The notes under the pieces are model-generated. The model worked only from the letters and a program-made list of their open reading frames with translations. It was not told the origin of the DNA and searched no databases. A stretch of 61,597 nt of DNA, taken from NCBI GenBank assembly GCA_964450345.1, contig CAYVEL010000002.1, positions 1 through 61,597 of the forward strand, read 5' to 3'. This document shows positions 23,489 to 32,457 of the stretch, piece after piece. Source of the DNA: an uncultured Candidatus Saccharibacteria bacterium (GTDB lineage: Bacteria > Patescibacteriota > Minisyncoccia > Phycocordibacterales > PALSA-1337). Numbering within the stretch: the first letter of the stretch is position 1; each line of letters starts with the position of its first letter. The position numbers and the translations under genes are program-made.

Positions 23489-25340
23489 CACCGAAGTCCT
23501 AACGTATTTTACAGGATTGGAGCTTTCGCCTGGCGATATAGTGGAAGCACCGCTTCGTTCGCGTACTATTCAGGCTATTGTCATAGATGTACAGAATGTG
23601 GAGGATGCGAAGTCTGAGATTAAGAATTCGAGCTTTACACTGAGGAAAGTAGAGAAAGTGGTGTCTAGGGGGGAAATACTTAAGAAGCCTATTCTAAGGA
23701 GCGCCGAGCGCCTCTCTGACCTATATGCTGTCGGCTTAAGCCAGACGCTCGGCGCTCTATTAAACCCTACCAGCATTCCCCTATTAGATAAGGCCCATTC
23801 AGTAACTCTAAGCACTCCTAAAGGAAATTTCGAAAAGAAAGCCATTCAAGGTGATGACGATGAGAGAATCGGAAGCTATAAGAGCTTAATCAGACAAAGC
23901 TTCGCTAGAAAAGAATCCGTCTTCTTCATCATTCCCACCCTACTAGACGCAGAATTCCTAAGAGAAAAATTAGAGAAAGGAATCGAAGAATACACTGTAA
24001 TACTTCATAGCGGAATTACTTCAAAAAAAGCTATTGATGAAGCCGAAAAGAAATTACTCGATACCGGCCACCCAATGCTATTTATTGCTACCCCCACCTT
24101 CCTACCACTTCTAAGAAAAGACGTGTCGAATATCATAGTCGAGAGAGCAAATTCTAGGAACTATAAAACAATGGCGAGACCATATCTCGACTATCGTAAG
24201 CTAGCAGAAATATTCGCCGAAGAAGCAGGACTACCCATAACATATGGTGACATTACCCTTCCTCTAGAAATATTAAGCAGAGTATATGACGGAGAAATTC
24301 AGCGCGGTGAACCAATGCGTTCTAGAGTTTTCTCTAACTCAAGCGCCAAGGTCATAAACATGACGGAGAGAAAGGCAGAGGTACTCGGTCCAGAAGTATT
24401 GGAATTAATTAAAAATACTAAAGAAAATAGCGAACACATAATCCTATTCACCGGAAGAAAAGGCCTATTCCCTCAGACCATCTGCGGCGATTGTGGTACA
24501 CCTGTAAAATGTTCGAAATGTACTAAACCCCTAGTTCTCTACCAAACACCTAATAGAAAAGAATCTTTCTTCTATATGTGTAATCACTGTGGTAATAGAG
24601 AAACCTCTGAGACCAGATGTGTGAAGTGTAATTCATGGAAATTAATCACTCTCGGAATCGGTGCTGATCTAGTAGAGAGAGAAGTTACCGCTAAATTCCC
24701 AGATATGAAAATCTGGAGACTGGATGCCGACAATACTCCGAAAGAGAAAGACGCAAAAAAAGTCATACATGACTTCATGAAATCTCCTGGCTCCCTACTG
24801 ATTGCCACAGAAATGGCCTTAAGATTCCTTAAGGAAAAAGTAGAGAATACTGCTGTAATATCTTTCGATTCTATTATCGCCCTCCCAGAATTCCGTAGCA
24901 CCGAACGTCTCTTCTATATCCTCTCTACTATTAGAACTAGGACCAATAGAGAAATGTTAGTCCAAACTAGAAATCCAGAATTCGATGCTTTCAAACATTT
25001 TCCAATGGGAAATATTCTAGAGTTTTCAAGAGAAGAATTAAGTATTAGACAAAGCACTGAATATCCCCCCTACACTACGATTATTAAAGTCACCGTAAAA
25101 GGAACCAGAGAAAGCGTAATCGAAGAAATGTCTAAAATCCGTGAGCTAGTTCATGAACTAGATTTCGATGTCTTCCCCTCTTTCACATATTCACCAAAAG
25201 GCGAATTCATTCTACACGCCGTCGCACGCGTATCTTCTAAAGATTGGCCTCATAATTCACCAATGAATACCGTTCTCGCAAAACTAAAAGCTCTCCCACC
25301 TTGGGTAGAGGTGCGCATTGATCCAGATTCGCTTCTATAA
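23448..25340 (+). CDS. priA: PriA-like primosomal protein N' with degenerate helicase motifs
   Basis: Colinear with PriA: N-terminal GDIVEAPLRSRTIQAIVIDV, HSGITS, and a Cys-rich Zn region (CGDCG..CSKC..CNHCG..CVKC). Walker A is replaced by GDDDERIG and DEEH by ERAN. The start is uncertain (23412 or 23448). Confidence 0.7.
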   Translation: MTLISLLPLKKSVNTEVLTYFTGLELSPGDIVEAPLRSRTIQAIVIDVQNVEDAKSEIKNSSFTLRKVEKVVSRGEILKKPILRSAERLSDLYAVGLSQTLGALLNPTSIPLLDKAHSVTLSTPKGNFEKKAIQGDDDERIGSYKSLIRQSFARKESVFFIIPTLLDAEFLREKLEKGIEEYTVILHSGITSKKAIDEAEKKLLDTGHPMLFIATPTFLPLLRKDVSNIIVERANSRNYKTMARPYLDYRKLAEIFAEEAGLPITYGDITLPLEILSRVYDGEIQRGEPMRSRVFSNSSAKVINMTERKAEVLGPEVLELIKNTKENSEHIILFTGRKGLFPQTICGDCGTPVKCSKCTKPLVLYQTPNRKESFFYMCNHCGNRETSETRCVKCNSWKLITLGIGADLVEREVTAKFPDMKIWRLDADNTPKEKDAKKVIHDFMKSPGSLLIATEMALRFLKEKVENTAVISFDSIIALPEFRSTERLFYILSTIRTRTNREMLVQTRNPEFDAFKHFPMGNILEFSREELSIRQSTEYPPYTTIIKVTVKGTRESVIEEMSKIRELVHELDFDVFPSFTYSPKGEFILHAVARVSSKDWPHNSPMNTVLAKLKALPPWVEVRIDPDSLL

Positions 25341-25343
25341 CAA

Positions 25344-25370
25344 AAACAGACCGCCCCTCGGTCTGTTTTA
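25344..25370. terminator. bidirectional terminator hairpin
   Basis: AAACAGACCG-CCCCT-CGGTCTGTTT between the convergent priA and the 1199-aa gene. Confidence 0.55.
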
Positions 25371-25400
25371 ATTACTTTAAAATACCACTCACCCAAAAAC

Positions 25401-28400
25401 CTAAGGTTCCGGAGGTGTTGGAGGATTCGGATCGTGATTAGGATCAGTTGGCGTCTCTCCCCCCGAACCAGGATTAGTATTTACTGGATTAGTTGTTGTA
25501 GGTACAGATGGATAACTATGACCACCCGAACTGTCTGTGGTAGCACATACTTCTGTGCTTGTAGATACAGATCCATATAAGCTACTTGTAAGAACTACCG
25601 CACAGTATCTAGTGTTAGATGTTAATCCAGTCTGATGATACAACTGTGACATCGTTCCTCTAGTATATGATGCCTGTTCGAAAGTAGAAGACGCTCCTGT
25701 GATTAGATATTTGTATTCTGGATATGTCTGTACTAGAGAGTAACTGTTAACACCTAGATCTGAATTAGACCAGATATATACTAATTCTTTTGAAGAACGA
25801 GGATTAACAATTAATTCAGCTTTTTGGACTGAAGGAGGAACTGCCTTAATACATACAGTAGTACTTGTAGCTAATGCAGTAGTAGAGCTAGCCTTAGTAT
25901 ATGCACAGTATTCATCTGTGTAATTAAATGAAGTAAGGTCATATGAACGAGTAGAAGAACTTGTTATTAGTGTTCTAGATATTGGTTTTGTTTGAATTAG
26001 AGTAAATACTGGATTATCTGTGATTGTGCTATTCCATGAGAACTTTACTGAATCTGGAGTACTTGTAGCTGTAGTGATTACCATGGCTTTGTCACAATAT
26101 TCACCATTTAGTACATATCCTGCAGCACAGATATACTGTGATACTGTTCCTTTGATTACACTTTCTGGTACTAGAGTAGTTAAAGCTGGAATGGTACAGA
26201 TGGTTCCTGAGAGAGTACCGGATGAACAAGAGTATGAGACGGTTGAGGCTGTGGTGGTGGCTGGAACAGTAGTGGTCTTTGCAGGAAATAGACATACGTT
26301 ACCAGATATACTACTTCCTGTTGGACAGCTTGCACTCACAGCTACTGCGGCGTAACCGGCTTTACCAGGCACTCTACACCATGTTCCACTTAATGTTGCT
26401 CCATATCCACAACCATATACGATTGTAGGATTAACAGTATATGAAGGTGTAGTAGTTGAGTAGCCCGCGATATAACAGGTGTGATCTAATTTTAGTACTC
26501 CTGTAGTACAGGAATAAGCGGGAGTGGCATTTACAGTAGAAGTAGCAGTAACTATTTCAACATGCGCAGGTCTAACACAAGTATTGTCTGACTGTAGTGT
26601 GTAGTTAGTAGGACAAGAGTAAGAGAAAGGAGTAGCAGGAACTCTATAGCCATATGCACCGTGTCCTGTAACAGTAATCTTAATTGATGTATTAGCCCAT
26701 GGACTGTTTAAGGCACCAACGCTTAATACATATTCCCCATCTGGTACTTCTATCGGTACTGTGAATTCTAGATTCTTACCGTCTGCACTACTTAGATTAT
26801 CAATTGTATATTCTGTTGTACTTGTTTGTGTTTGTGCCTCTGCTGTAGATACGAGTGATATGAAGAAGTTGAATATTCTTACTATTAGATCCCATATCCA
26901 ATCGAAGAATGAAGCTACGCTAGCTAGTAGAGAACCATTATTGTTTGTAGTAGTGTTTAGACTTGTTTTTACTACTGGGACTAGTTTTACTGTGTTATCT
27001 GTCGGAGTAAAACCTGAACCTTTTATGTTAAACCTCAATACATCCGGTGAATTATTTACCGAGCCAGGAAGTGGAACAAAAGGATTTACTTCACTGATAG
27101 CTGGAGCAGGAGCTCTTGGTGGAATACCGTCTTTATTAGTGTCGAGCAACAAACATTCTGCCCAATGAGTCTTCGCATGTTCCTTATCAGTAGGCTCACC
27201 TAAAATTCCAGAAATTACATAACCACAAGAAATCACATTCAATCGCCAATCAAGAGTTCCAACAGAATTATTCATAAGACTTGTTGGACTTGCTCGATAA
27301 AAAGGATAACCTAAAGCAGTACCACCCATAGAACAACCTGAGGTTGTAGTAGCCTTATTTGAACCATACCAAAGATTGTTATATTTAAATGAAGCCGCTG
27401 GATCTGCTGTACAATTACGAAAAGGAATAACTTCTTCTTCCCCCTCATCTATTCCATAAACATTCTCATAAAGTTGGGTCCACACCTCCATCCACCTAGG
27501 AAGATCTAAAACGTACTCATCGTCTAAATGACCTATATAATGCGAAGATTCATGCGCAAAAACATACATTAAATTAGAACCTGTATTTTCAATTTTTGGT
27601 AAATTGATTAATGTAATATTTTTTGAAGCACGCAAAAATTGTCCATCATATGGAAGTCTGCTATCTTCAATAAAAACTACATACTCAAACGAATCATCTC
27701 CACAACTCGAAGAACTTCTTACGTATTCACCTATCCCGTTTGGATTATCAAAGAAATTATATTTATTCATCGATCCAAAATTCTGTGGCATATGATATAT
27801 ATCAATGTAAAACGAAAATTTATCAGAATACTTTTTATATGGATCTATACTCACAAACTTATTAATAGAATCATTTACTTTTTCAGAGAAAAACGACGAC
27901 TTTCTTGAGAGAGTGCTTGTTTGAAGAAAAACTATTTTCTTAGGTCCATTACCTGACAATTTAATACAATTACTAACAGACGCTATATTAGAAACATCAG
28001 AATATGTACCATCAGCAAATCTGGCTTTAACTTTATAATACTCGTGAGTTCCTTTTATCGGTATTGTACTATTATCATCTAAGTATGAAGTAATGGAACC
28101 GCTAGTTGTTGATCCTATTGCGACAAATTTACTTGGTATTGTAGATGTACCAAAAGCAAACCCAATGTCATATCCGACTGCCTGTGGCACAAAATCCCAA
28201 GACAGATCAACCTTACCCGGCTCATTAATTCTCATTTTAGCAGTAAGACCGGTCGGAGCAGATCTAACTGTATATCTAACTACATTACTGTAATTAGAGA
28301 GACCAGTCGGTAAAACAGCTGCTACACGGTATTCATATGTCTTTCCAGAAGCCAAACTAGAATCAGTATATGTTGTGGTATTTATTGGAAGAGATGCTAG

Positions 28401-29000
28401 CTGTGTAAAGCTTCCTCCCTCTACCCTGCGTTCGATTGTATATTCGTTTTCTGTAGTAAAATTGTCGTTCCATGAAAGACTGATTGTTTTAGAACTAGAA
28501 GTTGTTGCTAAAACAAGTTTAATATCATCAACAACTCTAATCATCGACGAATTAAACTTTCCCGAAACAGTTGGACAATTTTGTCTAAAAGTTCCTGGAC
28601 CTTTTATAACTTCTGGATAACCACCTGAACCCAATCTACGATCTAATGGATTTTCACAACCAAGCTGAACGGTACTAGTAGATGTAAGAGTTATGTATTG
28701 AATACAACCACCAGAAGACTGATATGGTTTATTTAATCCATCCAAAGAAACACACTGAGGACATGTTTTAGCTAATTCGGTTATATACGAATCCCAAGAA
28801 TCATAAAGAGGATATTGATCCATACCAGAAGTATTAGACATGGAACAATACTCTCCGTATCCCCCAGACCAACTAGATGCTGAAGTATATCCTATTACAG
28901 AAGCATTAACCTTATCTGTAAAACCGACGAAGATTACTACAAAAAACACAAAAACTATTATTTTGTGTATGAAGTATCCTGTTTTTATTTTATTTTTCAC
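25401..29000 (-). CDS. large secreted multidomain protein (FN3 repeats, M64-like zinc peptidase module, Cys-loop repeats, Pro-rich tail)
   Basis: 1199 aa. Signal-like N-terminus. FN3-like segments (LSWNDN...YEYRVAAV). HESSHYIGHLDDEY (27513-27554) resembles the HExxH...DEY motif of IgA-peptidase M64. Six C-x10-13-C repeats and a C-terminal PNPPTPPEP follow. Confidence 0.7.
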   Translation of the reverse strand: MKNKIKTGYFIHKIIVFVFFVVIFVGFTDKVNASVIGYTSASSWSGGYGEYCSMSNTSGMDQYPLYDSWDSYITELAKTCPQCVSLDGLNKPYQSSGGCIQYITLTSTSTVQLGCENPLDRRLGSGGYPEVIKGPGTFRQNCPTVSGKFNSSMIRVVDDIKLVLATTSSSKTISLSWNDNFTTENEYTIERRVEGGSFTQLASLPINTTTYTDSSLASGKTYEYRVAAVLPTGLSNYSNVVRYTVRSAPTGLTAKMRINEPGKVDLSWDFVPQAVGYDIGFAFGTSTIPSKFVAIGSTTSGSITSYLDDNSTIPIKGTHEYYKVKARFADGTYSDVSNIASVSNCIKLSGNGPKKIVFLQTSTLSRKSSFFSEKVNDSINKFVSIDPYKKYSDKFSFYIDIYHMPQNFGSMNKYNFFDNPNGIGEYVRSSSSCGDDSFEYVVFIEDSRLPYDGQFLRASKNITLINLPKIENTGSNLMYVFAHESSHYIGHLDDEYVLDLPRWMEVWTQLYENVYGIDEGEEEVIPFRNCTADPAASFKYNNLWYGSNKATTTSGCSMGGTALGYPFYRASPTSLMNNSVGTLDWRLNVISCGYVISGILGEPTDKEHAKTHWAECLLLDTNKDGIPPRAPAPAISEVNPFVPLPGSVNNSPDVLRFNIKGSGFTPTDNTVKLVPVVKTSLNTTTNNNGSLLASVASFFDWIWDLIVRIFNFFISLVSTAEAQTQTSTTEYTIDNLSSADGKNLEFTVPIEVPDGEYVLSVGALNSPWANTSIKITVTGHGAYGYRVPATPFSYSCPTNYTLQSDNTCVRPAHVEIVTATSTVNATPAYSCTTGVLKLDHTCYIAGYSTTTPSYTVNPTIVYGCGYGATLSGTWCRVPGKAGYAAVAVSASCPTGSSISGNVCLFPAKTTTVPATTTASTVSYSCSSGTLSGTICTIPALTTLVPESVIKGTVSQYICAAGYVLNGEYCDKAMVITTATSTPDSVKFSWNSTITDNPVFTLIQTKPISRTLITSSSTRSYDLTSFNYTDEYCAYTKASSTTALATSTTVCIKAVPPSVQKAELIVNPRSSKELVYIWSNSDLGVNSYSLVQTYPEYKYLITGASSTFEQASYTRGTMSQLYHQTGLTSNTRYCAVVLTSSLYGSVSTSTEVCATTDSSGGHSYPSVPTTTNPVNTNPGSGGETPTDPNHDPNPPTPPEP

Positions 29001-29110
29001 AATAAAAATATTATTTAATTAGCATAATTATATAATAAAACCCTGATAATAGAATATTAGTTGTACACATTACAAATTGATCAAAAATCTTAATAGTAAA
29101 AATATTTAAA

Positions 29111-29142
29111 AAATTAAAAACCACCCTCGTCGCCGAGGGTGG
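29111..29142 (-). terminator. GC-rich intrinsic terminator of the 29167-30530 two-gene unit
   Basis: CCACCCTCG-TCGC-CGAGGGTGG (29121-29142), followed on the minus strand by TTTTTAATTTTTT. Confidence 0.6.
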
Positions 29143-29166
29143 CTTGAAAGAACTGCTCAAAACTAA

Positions 29167-29538
29167 TTAATTCAATTCCGCATTACCACCAAACAGCACG
29201 AAGTCTGGAACAGAATTCCACAACCCGACAATCTGACCGCTTTCACGGAGCTCGCGGATATAGTCTTCTTCCTGCCGAGCCACGAACTCCACTTCAGACT
29301 CGATACCAGTTTTCTTGGAAACAAGCGTGGCTACGAACTTCGTGCCAAACACACATCCCACACTGGCGGTCTCGAATTTAGTGGTGATGACAAGGCCTGC
29401 ATCCTGAGTTTCCGACACCATCCGACGGCGTTTATGACCAAACATTTCCTGTGCCATGGTATAGAGTAGGTCCCGACCATAATTAGTTAGGCCAGGACCA
29501 CGATTGATTAGACAGTATATATCTTTCATTTTCTGCAT
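29167..29538 (-). CDS. hypothetical 123-aa protein, GC-rich orphan (downstream partner)
   Basis: SD GAAAGGATAA precedes the ATG. It lies 38 nt after the upstream ORF. No family recognised. Confidence 0.5.
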   Translation of the reverse strand: MQKMKDIYCLINRGPGLTNYGRDLLYTMAQEMFGHKRRRMVSETQDAGLVITTKFETASVGCVFGTKFVATLVSKKTGIESEVEFVARQEEDYIRELRESGQIVGLWNSVPDFVLFGGNAELN

Positions 29539-29576
29539 TTATCCTTTCTGGTTATTTTTCCTAGTTTTACAGACTT

Positions 29577-30530
29577 CTACGAAACACCGTTTTTAGCATG
29601 ACCCGCATTGTATTCCTCAACCACCTTTTCGATTATCCCCCGAACTTCGGGAGGAGTCAGCCTGCTACCAGTAGCACGAGGGCTACCACCGATAGTATCG
29701 CTACCTCCCCAATGATGATTAGGGTTTCTTTCAATCTCATCGAGTTTTTTCAAAACTTCTGGAAGTGGAAAAGGAATAAATATCGAACGCCGACCGACAG
29801 AATATGTAAATTTCCCGTCGGTCCGAGCCGTAACAGAAACAAAGGCATCAACACCATCGGAATACATTCCGAGACGAGCATTAAGCCCAATTTCTCGAAC
29901 CATAGACCAGCCGGTGTTGGTATTCATCACTTCATAATCCGTATCAAGAGGAATTTCTTCCCCACGACCAGCAACAGCCTGACTAATCCGTAAACAGCCA
30001 TCGCCGATAATCATTCGGAATTCACGCTCGTCACGCCGTTCAAGAGCACCATTTGTGCGTGCTATCTTGTAAGCTTGAAACAGCCAATTATTCTCGTGAA
30101 GCGCCGGCATATTCGCCGGATATCCATAAGAACCAGCCGTGGTATCGAGCATGTCTTCCACATTGATAATCCGATTAAGAATCGGGTTAATGATACTCTC
30201 AGTATGATGTGCATTAAGGAAAAGCCACACAGTTAAGGTGACGTCCTCATCACAATCATTCACAAAGAGATGCACTTCCTCCAAGCCGTGATTAAACGCT
30301 TTGAGAAGACCGCTCTTAATCAGAATACTCGCCTGTGCTGCGGTGCAACGTGTAGTGAGACGATCGCATCCTTCGTGATGGTTGATACATAGAATTCTCT
30401 TATCACCATCCCAACGAGGAGCACCAGACACATAGCCGTCTATGGCTATTGAGCCTTCTGGCGCGACTTTCAGAAACTCCTCCCAAGTAAGCGGAGGAGT
30501 ATTCGGTTCCACATGTAGGGTTATTTTCAT
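29577..30530 (-). CDS. hypothetical 317-aa protein, GC-rich orphan; weak DHH/DHHA1 (NrnA-like) motif order
   Basis: The start is set at M30 of the track ORF (SD GAAAGGATAT). Lines 29641-29700 and 30001-30060 have 35/60 and 31/60 GC. The motif order is INHHEGCD, FVNDCDED, LNAHH, DMLDTTAG, WGGSDTIGGSP, which is colinear with DHH motifs I-IV plus GGGH but with substituted ligands. Confidence 0.5.
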   Translation of the reverse strand: MKITLHVEPNTPPLTWEEFLKVAPEGSIAIDGYVSGAPRWDGDKRILCINHHEGCDRLTTRCTAAQASILIKSGLLKAFNHGLEEVHLFVNDCDEDVTLTVWLFLNAHHTESIINPILNRIINVEDMLDTTAGSYGYPANMPALHENNWLFQAYKIARTNGALERRDEREFRMIIGDGCLRISQAVAGRGEEIPLDTDYEVMNTNTGWSMVREIGLNARLGMYSDGVDAFVSVTARTDGKFTYSVGRRSIFIPFPLPEVLKKLDEIERNPNHHWGGSDTIGGSPRATGSRLTPPEVRGIIEKVVEEYNAGHAKNGVS

Positions 30531-30754
30531 ATATCCTTTCAGTAACAATCGCAGGCCTACCTGCAATTTTTTGGTTTCGAAGTTTTTTGGTTTTTTGCGA
30601 AATTTCAAAAATCTCATCTCAAGTTTTCACTCTTTTAAGTCTAGATGTAGGACTTGCCCCTATGGGCGAACTGCGAAATACAATACCACAAAACAGACCC
30701 AATGTAAATACTAAAAATAATCCAAAAAATTAGGGTTTCTGCTATTATTACCTC

Positions 30755-31759
30755 ATGAAAATAGAGCCAAAAATAGAAGCTGAAATGAACTTTTATCCAA
30801 CAAAGCCACAAACGAATACAAACTCAAAAACCGCTGGTGCTACTAGTACCAAATTCGCTTTCTTTGGCAGTTCTGAATTCAGTATAATCACACTAAACAA
30901 TCTAGAAAAAAACGGCTTCACCCCTACTCTAGTAGTAACTACCCCAGATAAACCAAAGGGTCGTAAACTAATCATCACCCCCACCCCTGTTAAGATTTGG
31001 GCTGAATCTAGAAAAATAAAAGTCATCACACCCACTAAGCTAGACCAGACTGCAGTTTCTGAATTAAAGACTTTAACTTCTGAATTAGGAATTGAGTTCT
31101 TTATCGTCGCTTCATACGGTAAAATCATTCCGAGCTCAGTACTCGAAATCCCTAAACATAAATGTCTAAACGTTCATCCATCACTACTTCCTAAATACCG
31201 CGGCGCCTCTCCTCTTCAAAGCATGATTCTGGCTGATGAGAAAAATATTGGCGTATCTATTATGGTCATGGATGCTGAGATGGATCATGGTCCATTACTT
31301 TCCAGAACTGAATATACACCAGAAAAATGGCCACTTAAATTAATGGAATTAAAAAACGCACTTGGCACAATCGGTGCAAATGAACTATCTAGCTTAATCC
31401 CAAAATGGATTTCAGGAACAGTAAAACCATTAGAACAAAATCACTCCGAAGCCACCTTCACAAAAAAGATAACTAAAGACGATGGTTTAATAAATCTAGA
31501 AGACGATCAATATAAGAACTTCCTAAAATTCTGCGCTTTCAGTGAATGGCCAAAAGCTTATTTCTTTATAAATAATCCGAATCCTTCTACAGACACAACA
31601 GAAAATAAAATCCGCATCATTATTCGTGATGCAGACTTTAAAAATGATAAGTTAATTATTAAGAGAGTAATTCCAGAAGGTAAAAAAGAATTAGATTTTA
31701 AAGACTTCCTTTCTCACCTATCTGAATCTGAAAAAACTAATTATTCTCGCTTCCTTTAG
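30755..31759 (+). CDS. fmt: methionyl-tRNA formyltransferase
   Basis: FFGSSEFSI...VVTTPDKPKGRK...NVHPSLLPKYRGASPLQ. It has an N-terminal extension of about 35 aa, so the true start may be internal. Confidence 0.85.
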   Translation: MKIEPKIEAEMNFYPTKPQTNTNSKTAGATSTKFAFFGSSEFSIITLNNLEKNGFTPTLVVTTPDKPKGRKLIITPTPVKIWAESRKIKVITPTKLDQTAVSELKTLTSELGIEFFIVASYGKIIPSSVLEIPKHKCLNVHPSLLPKYRGASPLQSMILADEKNIGVSIMVMDAEMDHGPLLSRTEYTPEKWPLKLMELKNALGTIGANELSSLIPKWISGTVKPLEQNHSEATFTKKITKDDGLINLEDDQYKNFLKFCAFSEWPKAYFFINNPNPSTDTTENKIRIIIRDADFKNDKLIIKRVIPEGKKELDFKDFLSHLSESEKTNYSRFL

Positions 31760-31982
31760 GAACTAAATCCTCCAACCCACCAGAAGCATTTACCCTTAAA
31801 GTAGATGATGCATTTATAATATTTCTTACTTTCTTCTTAGAAGATCCATATGATACCGAACTAAAAATAGTATTCTCCGACATCTCATCCACCTTATAAT
31901 TAAAGAAAAGTAATAATGGCATAACGAATGAGAACAATAGTATCGAATATGCTATGCTCGTACTCACTTTTCTATTAATCAT
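31737..31982 (-). CDS. hypothetical small membrane protein
   Basis: 81-aa ORF with one TM helix (IAYSILLFSFVMPLLLFF). It lies downstream of hpf on the same strand and overlaps the fmt 3' end by 23 nt. Confidence 0.3.
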   Translation of the reverse strand: MINRKVSTSIAYSILLFSFVMPLLLFFNYKVDEMSENTIFSSVSYGSSKKKVRNIINASSTLRVNASGGLEDLVPKGSENN

Positions 31983-32025
31983 ATATTAAGGTTCTTTTGA
32001 TATTAGGGTTAATAATTCGAGATGA

Positions 32026-32391
32026 TTACTTATTAGGCCAGAAACCCTTAGTCATCGCTTTAAGCTTAGCACCGCTTCTCTTTAAGAATGTCTGTCTTTT
32101 CTCCTTAGAGGAAGTGATTTTATTAGTTAGACCGTCTTTTATATCATCTATAGCTGCATATAAATCCTCCTTTTCTGATGTTACGTAATATTCCTGTCCA
32201 TCAATATTAATCTTAACTTCTGCTCTAAAATATTCTCCGTTTTTATGATGTCTAGTAGTCTTTCCTAGTTCAACACGGCAAATAGTATCAGGTGAACTAA
32301 CGAATTTTTCTATATGACTAAGTCTATTCTCTGTATAACTTCTTATTGCATCTGTTAGAGCAATATTCGTACCCTTTATCGCTATATTCAT
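32026..32391 (-). CDS. hpf: ribosome hibernation promoting factor / S30AE family
   Basis: MNIAIKGTNIALTDAIRSYTENRL...FRAEVKINIDGQEYYVTSEKEDLYAAIDD. The ATG at 32391 is preferred over the TTG at 32409. Confidence 0.8.
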   Translation of the reverse strand: MNIAIKGTNIALTDAIRSYTENRLSHIEKFVSSPDTICRVELGKTTRHHKNGEYFRAEVKINIDGQEYYVTSEKEDLYAAIDDIKDGLTNKITSSKEKRQTFLKRSGAKLKAMTKGFWPNK

Positions 32392-32457
32392 ATTTTTATT
32401 TATTAACAACTACTAATAAACATATTATATCAAAAAAATCGAAACGAGCATAAAAAA

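Noticed and set aside
26020-29022. Plus-strand and nested ORFs within the 1199-aa gene: 26020-26355, 26101-26295, 26761-27168, 27604-27795, 27639-27908, 28093-28293, 28375-28620 and 28840-29022.
   Set aside because: They are shadow ORFs of a long, continuous minus-strand reading frame that has recognisable domains.
30531-30617. The N-terminal 29 aa of track ORF 29577-30617 (MRFLKFRKKPKNF...).
   Set aside because: The segment is AT-rich and homopolymer-rich, unlike the rest of the gene. The internal ATG at 30530 has a good SD (GAAAGGATAT) identical in style to that of the downstream partner.
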